This document shows, in pieces, positions 7,980 through 13,731 of a stretch of 24,000 bases of DNA (positions are counted from its first letter, which is position 1; the number at the start of each line of letters is the position of its first letter). The notes under the pieces are model-generated. The model saw only the letters and a program-made list of their open reading frames with translations, was not told where the DNA came from and searched no databases. Source of the stretch: an uncultured Acetobacteraceae bacterium (GTDB lineage: Bacteria > Pseudomonadota > Alphaproteobacteria > Acetobacterales > Acetobacteraceae). The stretch covers positions 30,343-54,342 of the forward strand of contig CAXTWC010000014.1 in the NCBI GenBank assembly GCA_964247805.1, given 5' to 3'. Position numbers and translations under genes: made by a program.

Positions 7980-8617
7980 TGCCGCAGCGCCCGGGCGATG
8001 TGCGCGAGCCGCCGCGCCGCGGTGAGCAGCGCGCCCAGCGTCACGAGCCAGAGTGCAATCTGCGGCCACCCCGCGATCCACCCGGCAGGCAACACGGCGC
8101 AGACGACGGCGAGGAAGGTGACCAACGCCATGCGCTGCTGCTTGGCCATCGGGCCGGAGAAGTCGCTCGGCTGTCCCAACCCCTTGCCGATTGCCCGGAT
8201 GTAGGCGGTCGCCATCGCGGCCAGGGCGGCTGCGAAACCGAGGGCAAGCTGCCCCGCCGCCCAGCCGAGCCCCACAAGCACGGCGGTATCCGACACTCGG
8301 TCCGGCACCTCGTTGAACAGCTCGCCGGTGGCGGACGCGACGCCGCGGCCGATGGCCACCATGCCGTCGAGCAAATTGGCCATAAGCCGGGCCTGCACCA
8401 GCGCGGCCCCGAGCAGCCAGAGCGGACGCGCAGCGCCCGGCACCTGTCGGGTAAGGGCGAACGCGACGCCCGCAAGACAGGCCGCGATGGCACCGGCGAC
8501 AGAAATCCCGTTCGGCGACGCCCCCCGGCGAACCAGCCAGTCGGCCGCAGCCATCACCGGACGTAGACCGCGCGCCGCGATCGGTCGCCGGTCGCCAGCG
8601 ATCCCATTCGCTGCCAT
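7976..8617 (-). CDS. CDP-alcohol phosphatidyltransferase family protein (head-group specificity not inferable)
   Basis: Motif NLLDGMVAIGRGVASATGELFNEVPDRVSD (8377-8300) aligns with D-x2-D-G-x2-A-R-x8-G-x3-D-x3-D. The protein has about 6 TM helices. Start chosen at ATG 8617 (MAANGIAGDRRPIAARG…), as is usual for the family. In-frame alternatives are ATG 8698 and TTG 8710. Confidence 0.8.
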   Translation of the reverse strand: MAANGIAGDRRPIAARGLRPVMAAADWLVRRGASPNGISVAGAIAACLAGVAFALTRQVPGAARPLWLLGAALVQARLMANLLDGMVAIGRGVASATGELFNEVPDRVSDTAVLVGLGWAAGQLALGFAAALAAMATAYIRAIGKGLGQPSDFSGPMAKQQRMALVTFLAVVCAVLPAGWIAGWPQIALWLVTLGALLTAARRLAHIARALRQ

Positions 8618-8664
8618 GTTTATGGCCAATGCCTCCCCACTCGCCCTTGGCTTGCACGCTGCTC

Positions 8665-8695
8665 CGTCGGGGCAGAGTCGCAGCCTGCCCCGGCG
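8665..8695. promoter_or_regulatory. inverted repeat / potential hairpin in the divergent control region
   Basis: CGGGGCAG (8668-8675) and CTGCCCCG (8685-8692) are perfect complements around a 9-nt spacer. Pairing is extendable to 8665-8695 with one T/G position. It lies upstream of the ATG-8617 start, or inside the N-terminal extension if TTG 8710 is used. Confidence 0.3.
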
Positions 8696-8839
8696 CATGA
8701 GAATGCTCAACCCAGCAGGACCAAAGCAGGGCGGGCCAGGCGGCGCGGGCGGCCCGACGAATGCGCCTTCCCTTCCCCGCTCTACAACGACCGCGAGACG
8801 GTCTATCCTCTAGCAAGAACGATCCACCACGGAACCGCC

Positions 8840-9820
8840 ATGAGCCTGAAGAGCCTGATCTCCAGCCAGTTCCTCGATGTGTTGCAGTGGACGGAGGACG
8901 GCCCCGGGGTACTCGCCTGGCGCTACCCCACCGCGGGTCACGCGATCCAAACCGGGTCGTCCTTAACGGTGCGCGAGAGCCAGGCCGCGATGTTCGTCAA
9001 TGAGGGCCGAGTAGCGGACATCTTCGCCCCGGGCCGCTACACGCTGAACACGCAGACGCTGCCAGTGATGACGTCGATCGAGAACTGGGACAAAGGCTTC
9101 CAGTCGCCGTTCAAGTCCGACCTGGTGTTCTTCAGCACCCGTGACCAGACGGACCAGCGCTGGGGCACGGCGCAGCCGATCACGGTGCGCGACAAGGAGC
9201 TCGGCCCGCTGCGCATCCGCGCCAACGGGGTCTACTCGTATCGCGTCCACGACGTGGCGACATTCTACGCCCGGCTGAGCGGGACGACGCCGCGCTACAC
9301 CGTGGATGATGCGGCCGGGCAACTGCGCGCCGGGATCTTGACCGCGATCGCCTCCGGGCTCGGCGCCAGCGCCATCCCGTTCCTCGACATGGCCGCCAAC
9401 CAGCAGCTCCTGTCGGATCGGCTGCACGAAGCAATCGACCCGGTGTTCCTCAACTACGGCCTACAACTGACCGGCTTCTTCATTCAAAGCTTGTCCTTGC
9501 CCGACGAGGTGGCCGAGCATCTGGATCGCCGCTCCTCGATGCAGATCGTCGGCGACATGGGCCAGTACACCCGGTTCGAGGCGGCGGAGAGCTTGCGGGA
9601 CGCAGCCGTCAACGGGGGCGGCGCAGCCGGTGCGGGCGCCGGGCTGGGCGCGGGTCTGGCGTTGGGGCAGGTGATGGGGCAGGCGCTCACACAAGCGGCG
9701 GCCCCCGCATCGGACCCGATCGCCGCCATCGAGCGGCTGGGCGAGCTGTTCAAGCGTGGTGTCCTGACGGAGGCAGAATTCGCCGCGAAGAAAGCCGAGC
9801 TGCTGCAACAGATCCGCTGA
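8840..9820 (+). CDS. SPFH (band-7/flotillin-like; YdjI / COG4260-type) protein with C-terminal SHOCT domain
   Basis: ATG 8840. The N-terminus MSLKSLISSQFLDVLQWTEDGPGVLAWRYP… is as I remember for the YdjI-type SPFH clade. A Gly/Ala linker follows. The C-terminus DPIAAIERLGELFKRGVLTEAEFAAKKAELLQQIR is a textbook SHOCT motif. Stop is TGA 9818-9820. Confidence 0.85.
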   Translation: MSLKSLISSQFLDVLQWTEDGPGVLAWRYPTAGHAIQTGSSLTVRESQAAMFVNEGRVADIFAPGRYTLNTQTLPVMTSIENWDKGFQSPFKSDLVFFSTRDQTDQRWGTAQPITVRDKELGPLRIRANGVYSYRVHDVATFYARLSGTTPRYTVDDAAGQLRAGILTAIASGLGASAIPFLDMAANQQLLSDRLHEAIDPVFLNYGLQLTGFFIQSLSLPDEVAEHLDRRSSMQIVGDMGQYTRFEAAESLRDAAVNGGGAAGAGAGLGAGLALGQVMGQALTQAAAPASDPIAAIERLGELFKRGVLTEAEFAAKKAELLQQIR

Positions 9821-9822
9821 GC

Positions 9823-10524
9823 GTGGGAGCTGCTTCGCAGTCCACGCCGAGCGTGAACATCGCGTGCCCGTCCTGCGGGGCCGCCATTCCGTTCCGCTCG
9901 TCGTTCTCCGTCTACGCCGTCTGCTCGTACTGCGGCAGCACGGTCGTCCGCAACGACCGGGACGTTCGCGCCATCGGCAGCGTGGCCGACCTGCCGCCGG
10001 AGATGACGCCGTTGCAAGTGGGAACCGAGCTTGATTGGCAGGGCGTGCGCTACACCCTGGCTGGCCGACTCCGTGTGTCCTGGCAGGATGGCGCGTGGAA
10101 CGAGTGGTTCATGGCGGCCGGGGACGCGACCGGCTGGCTGGCCGACGCGCAGGGTTTCCTGTCCGTCGCCTTCGCGCAGCCGATCGATCAGGCGCCGGAC
10201 CTCGCAACCGGTGCGCTGCCCGCATTCGGCGACACCCTGACGATTGCGGGACGCCCGTTCCGGGTCACGGACGTCAAGGACGCGGTGTGCGTGGGCAGCG
10301 AGGGCGAGCTGCCGTTCCGCGCGGCCATGGGTCAACGCACGACCTATCTCGACATGGTGGACCCCACGGGCGGCTTCGCCAGCGTCGAGAGCACGGCGGA
10401 CGGCGTGGAATTGTACCGCGGCGAGTACGTCGGGTTCGACGCGCTCGGCCTACGCAACCTGCGCAAGCTCGAAGGGTGGGCGCCGCCGACCAATCGCCCG
10501 GGGGCCGACGACCCGCTCGCATGA
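9823..10524 (+). CDS. zinc-ribbon + DUF4178-like protein (soluble)
   Basis: GTG 9823 lies 2 nt after the upstream stop. N-terminal ribbon is CPSCG-x17-CSYCG. Trp-rich beta repeats follow (WQGVRYTLAGRLRVSWQDGAWNEWFM…GWLADAQG; CVGSEGELPFRAAMGQ), matching my memory of DUF4178. The start could alternatively be GTG 9853. Confidence 0.8.
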   Translation: MGAASQSTPSVNIACPSCGAAIPFRSSFSVYAVCSYCGSTVVRNDRDVRAIGSVADLPPEMTPLQVGTELDWQGVRYTLAGRLRVSWQDGAWNEWFMAAGDATGWLADAQGFLSVAFAQPIDQAPDLATGALPAFGDTLTIAGRPFRVTDVKDAVCVGSEGELPFRAAMGQRTTYLDMVDPTGGFASVESTADGVELYRGEYVGFDALGLRNLRKLEGWAPPTNRPGADDPLA

Positions 10525-11789
10525 CCAACCGCGACATCCCCGGCGACCCGGCGCCCAAGGAGCGGCCCGGCCGTGCCCGCACCCTGTCCTGCCCTCGATG
10601 CGGCAGCCCGGTGACCATCCGCGCGAACGGGCTCAGCATCACCGCCATCTGCGGCGCGTGCGGCGCGGCGCTGGACGTTGCTAATGACGCGGTTCGGCAG
10701 ATCGCCGAGGCGCAGGCGCGCACGCGGCAGCCCCCGATTTCGATCGGGACCCGCGGCACATTGGGCGGCACGGAGTGGGAGGTGCTGGGCTATCAGCTCC
10801 GCAGCAGCGGCGCCGGGTCGTGGCAGTGGGAGGAATACCTGCTGTTCAACCCGTATCGCGGGTTCCGCTTCCTGGGCCAGGACCACGGCCACTGGACGCT
10901 CTACGGCATGCTCCGCCGCGACGTGGAGGACCCGCTGGTCGATGGCGGCGACGGCCTGCGTTACCAGACCAGCGACGCGGTGCTCGCCCGGACCGACTAC
11001 GTGCTGGGCGAGTTCTACTGGCGCGTCCGCGTCGGCGACACGGTCGATGTGCGAGAGTTCGTGCATCCGCCGTTCGTGTTGTCGGAGGAGCGGGCGGACG
11101 ACGAAGTCACCTGGTCGCGCGGTCGATATCTGGAACCGAGCGTCGTGCAGGCCGCGTTCAAGCTGGGCCGTATGCCGCAGCGAGTTGGCCGGACTGGGGG
11201 CCAGACCGAACCGAGGCGGCTGACGCTGTGGCCGGTCGCAGTGATCAGCCTGGTCGCCTTGGTGGTGTTGAACGAGGCGCCTTTCGGGCAGGGGCTCGAT
11301 ACGCTCGTGCTGCGCCAGAACTTCACGATCACAGCCTCCGACCAGGATCGCAGCCTGCCTGCCGTGCCGCTCTCCATCCCGTATGCAGGGGGCAACCTGC
11401 AGATCGAGGCGAGCACGGCGGCGGAGTTGGGGTTGCTCCAACTGAATGTCTCGTTGGCACTGCAAGCCGGGTTCAATCGGCGGGATGCGGTTTTTACCCT
11501 GGGCTCGCTGATGCAGAATGGGTCCGCGACGCAGACCGCCTTGTTCAGCTCGGTTGCGGGAGGCAGCGCCACCTTGCTGATCACCCCGCATAGCAGCGCC
11601 TTCCCGGACATCACGCAGCCGGGGAGCCCGTCGCAGACGCCGCCCGCGGAGTCACTCTCGTTTAGCCTTACTGTGCGGCGGCACGTGCACGACCCGGTCA
11701 GCTTCTTCCTGGCGGCGCTTGCCATCCTATGCTGGCCGGTTTTCTCGACCCTGCGCCGGTGGTTCCGCAGACTCGGGCACACCGCATGA
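10521..11789 (+). CDS. zinc-ribbon + DUF4178-like protein with C-terminal TM-bracketed extracytoplasmic domain
   Basis: ATG 10521 forms an ATGA overlap with the upstream stop. Ribbon is CPRCG-x16-CGACG. DUF4178-like repeats are TEWEVLGYQLRSSGAGSWQWEEYLLFNP…GHWTLY and YVLGEFYWRVRVGD. Then TM helix LTLWPVAVISLVALVVL, a ~170-aa Ser/Thr/Leu-rich domain, and TM helix VSFFLAALAILCWPVFSTL. The 162 Arg-rich residues upstream in the track ORF are artefact. Confidence 0.8.
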   Translation: MTNRDIPGDPAPKERPGRARTLSCPRCGSPVTIRANGLSITAICGACGAALDVANDAVRQIAEAQARTRQPPISIGTRGTLGGTEWEVLGYQLRSSGAGSWQWEEYLLFNPYRGFRFLGQDHGHWTLYGMLRRDVEDPLVDGGDGLRYQTSDAVLARTDYVLGEFYWRVRVGDTVDVREFVHPPFVLSEERADDEVTWSRGRYLEPSVVQAAFKLGRMPQRVGRTGGQTEPRRLTLWPVAVISLVALVVLNEAPFGQGLDTLVLRQNFTITASDQDRSLPAVPLSIPYAGGNLQIEASTAAELGLLQLNVSLALQAGFNRRDAVFTLGSLMQNGSATQTALFSSVAGGSATLLITPHSSAFPDITQPGSPSQTPPAESLSFSLTVRRHVHDPVSFFLAALAILCWPVFSTLRRWFRRLGHTA

Positions 11790-11971
11790 GGCGCTTGGCC
11801 GCCTACACGTTGTGCTGCGCCGTCGTGCTTGGCCTGTTCACCTATGGCCACTTCTACGGTCGGTCCCTGTTCGACGACATGCCAGACAAGCCCGGGAGCG
11901 GGTCGAGCGGCGGCGGCAGCGGCGGCAGCGGGTTCTTCTACACCGGCGCTTCCGGCGGCTCTCACAAATAG
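11786..11971 (+). CDS. 61-aa single-pass membrane mini-protein with Gly/Ser-rich tail
   Basis: ATG 11786 forms an ATGA overlap with the upstream stop. Product: MRRLAAYTLCCAVVLGLFTYGHFYGRSLFDDMPDKPGSGSSGGGSGGSGFFYTGASGGSHK. Stop TAG 11969-11971 overlaps the Shine-Dalgarno of the next gene. Its position in the coupled chain supports translation. Confidence 0.6.
   Translation: MRRLAAYTLCCAVVLGLFTYGHFYGRSLFDDMPDKPGSGSSGGGSGGSGFFYTGASGGSHK
11912..11929 (+). repeat. perfect 9-bp tandem duplication (ggcggcagc x2) inside the mini-protein gene
   Basis: 11912-11920 and 11921-11929 are identical. They are in frame (GGS-GGS) and preceded by the related agcggc. Confidence 0.6.
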
Positions 11972-11980
11972 GAGTCCAAC

Positions 11981-12205
11981 ATGCAAACCGACCTGATCAA
12001 CTGGCACGGCATCGCCTCCGCGCTGATCTTCTCCACCATCGGGCTTGTGGTATACGCCGTCGGCTTCTTCCTGCTCGACCGGTTGACCCCGCAGGTGCAC
12101 ATCTGGCGCGAGATCAACCAGGAGAAGAACGTGGCGGTCGCCGTGGTGATCGGCTCCGTCGCGATCGGCATCGCCCTGATCATCGCCGCCGCAGTGCGCG
12201 GATGA
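11981..12205 (+). CDS. DUF350 (YjfL-like) small integral membrane protein
   Basis: GGAG (11971-11974) lies 6 nt before ATG 11981. The 74-aa product has the DUF350 pattern …LDRLTPQVHIWREINQEKNVAVAVVIGSVAIGIALIIAAAV. Stop is TGA 12203-12205. Confidence 0.85.
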   Translation: MQTDLINWHGIASALIFSTIGLVVYAVGFFLLDRLTPQVHIWREINQEKNVAVAVVIGSVAIGIALIIAAAVRG

Positions 12206-13731
12206 CAACGCGGTCGCAGCCAATGACGGTGCTGCTGTTCACATCGGTCTTCGCCATCGCGACCTGCGGGCTGGTGTACGAGCTGATCGCGGGAACGCTC
12301 GCGTCCTACCTGCTGGGGGACTCGGTGACGCAGTTTTCGACCGTGATCGGCGCCTACCTGTTCGCCATGGGCGTGGGCTCCTTCCTGTCCGGCCGCATCG
12401 AACGCGACCTGCTGGCGGTGTTCGTGCGCACGGAGATCCTGATCGGACTGGTCGGCGGCTTCTCCGCGGCCGTTCTGTTCCTGCTGTTCGGCAGCGTCGC
12501 CGCGTTCCGCATCCCGCTCTACGCCATCGTGGGCGTGGTCGGCGTGCTGGTGGGGGTGGAGGTTCCATTGCTGCTGCGCATCCTGCACGGCCAATTTGCC
12601 TTCAAGGACTTGGTCGCCCGGGTATTCTCCTTCGACTATATCGGCGCGCTGTTCGCCTCTTTGCTGTTCCCGCTGGTACTAGTGCCGCATCTCGGGCTGG
12701 TGCGGTCCTCCTTCATGTTCGGCATGATCAATGTCGGCGTTGCCCTTTGGCTGCTGTGGAGCTTCGGCGCCGACATCCGCGGTGCGGCGCTGCACCGAGC
12801 AGCCGGGTTGATCGCATTGGCGGCTTTGGCGACCGGGTTCGTGGAAGCGGACCGCATCATGCGCCAGGCGGAGGCCTGGGTGTTCCCCGACCCGGTGGTC
12901 TACGCCGAGAGCACACCCTACCAGCGCATCGTGCTCACCGCCTCCTCGCGCGACGTCAGGCTGTTCCTCAACAACAACCTGCAGTTCAGCAGCCGCGACG
13001 AATACCGCTACCATGAGGCGCTGGTGCATCCAGGGCTCACCGCCGTGGCGCATCCCGCCCGCGTGCTGATTTTCGGCGGCGGTGACGGTCTGGCGACCCG
13101 CGAGATCCTGAAGCACCCGGAGGTGGAGAGCATCACCCAGGTCGAGCTCGACCCGGCGATGGTGCGGCTGTTCTCCGGCAACGCCGCTCTGGCCCGCATG
13201 AACGACGGCGCCTTCGCCTCCCCCAAGCTGCACGTCGTGAACGCGGACGCCTTCGTCTGGCTGAAAGAGAATGCTGGGCAGGCGCAGTTCGACTACGTCG
13301 TAATAGATTTCCCGGACCCATCCAACTTCTCGGTCGGCAAACTTTACTCGCTGACCTTCTATCGCCTGCTAAGGCAGATGCTGGCGCCGGGTGCTGCAAT
13401 GGTCGTGCAGAGCACGTCGCCCTACATTGCTCGCCAGGCCTATTGGTGCGTGGTGAGCACGCTCGAGGCGGCCGGACTTTCCACCGTGCCATACCACGTG
13501 TTCGTGCCATCCTTCGGCGAATGGGGATTCGTGTTGGCCGGGGTGCAACCGCTGCAATTGCGCGACGCCTACCCGCCCGGGCTGCGTTTCGCCTCCGCCG
13601 CCACGATGGCGGACATGCGCCATTTCCCGCCGGACATGAGCCGTGTGCCGACCGACATCAACCGGCTCGATAGCCAGGCGCTGGTGCGCTACTTCGATGC
13701 CGAATGGGGCGCCTACGGGATCAACGGATGA
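12202..13731 (+). CDS. speE: membrane-anchored polyamine aminopropyltransferase (spermidine/spermine-synthase-like) with ~7-TM N-terminal domain
   Basis: ATG 12202 forms an ATGA overlap with the upstream stop. About 7 hydrophobic helices are followed by a SpeE-like domain: YQRIVLT…LFLNNNLQFSSRDEYRYHEALVHP, the AdoMet-type glycine motif VLIFGGGDGLATRE, and VVIDFPDPSN. The upstream 161 residues of the 670-aa track ORF are artefact. Confidence 0.85.
   Translation: MTTRSQPMTVLLFTSVFAIATCGLVYELIAGTLASYLLGDSVTQFSTVIGAYLFAMGVGSFLSGRIERDLLAVFVRTEILIGLVGGFSAAVLFLLFGSVAAFRIPLYAIVGVVGVLVGVEVPLLLRILHGQFAFKDLVARVFSFDYIGALFASLLFPLVLVPHLGLVRSSFMFGMINVGVALWLLWSFGADIRGAALHRAAGLIALAALATGFVEADRIMRQAEAWVFPDPVVYAESTPYQRIVLTASSRDVRLFLNNNLQFSSRDEYRYHEALVHPGLTAVAHPARVLIFGGGDGLATREILKHPEVESITQVELDPAMVRLFSGNAALARMNDGAFASPKLHVVNADAFVWLKENAGQAQFDYVVIDFPDPSNFSVGKLYSLTFYRLLRQMLAPGAAMVVQSTSPYIARQAYWCVVSTLEAAGLSTVPYHVFVPSFGEWGFVLAGVQPLQLRDAYPPGLRFASAATMADMRHFPPDMSRVPTDINRLDSQALVRYFDAEWGAYGING

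Noticed and set aside
6295-8816. Very long track ORFs 6295..7845 (516 aa) and 7011..8816 (601 aa), suggesting large fusion proteins.
   Set aside because: Only the C-terminal parts carry family motifs (PlsC, CdsA). The N-terminal parts are Arg/Pro/Gly-rich, overlap the upstream genes out of frame, and are typical stop-poor high-GC extensions. Real starts fit the ATGA/GTGA coupling sites at 7014 and 7979.
10035-13731. Track ORFs 10035..11789 (584 aa), 11719..13731 (670 aa), 11729..11971 and 13704..15338 with extended N-termini.
   Set aside because: The extensions overlap the preceding well-supported genes in another frame and are Arg-rich low-complexity sequence. In-frame ATGs at 10521, 12202, 11786 and 13728 each form an ATGA overlap with the preceding stop.
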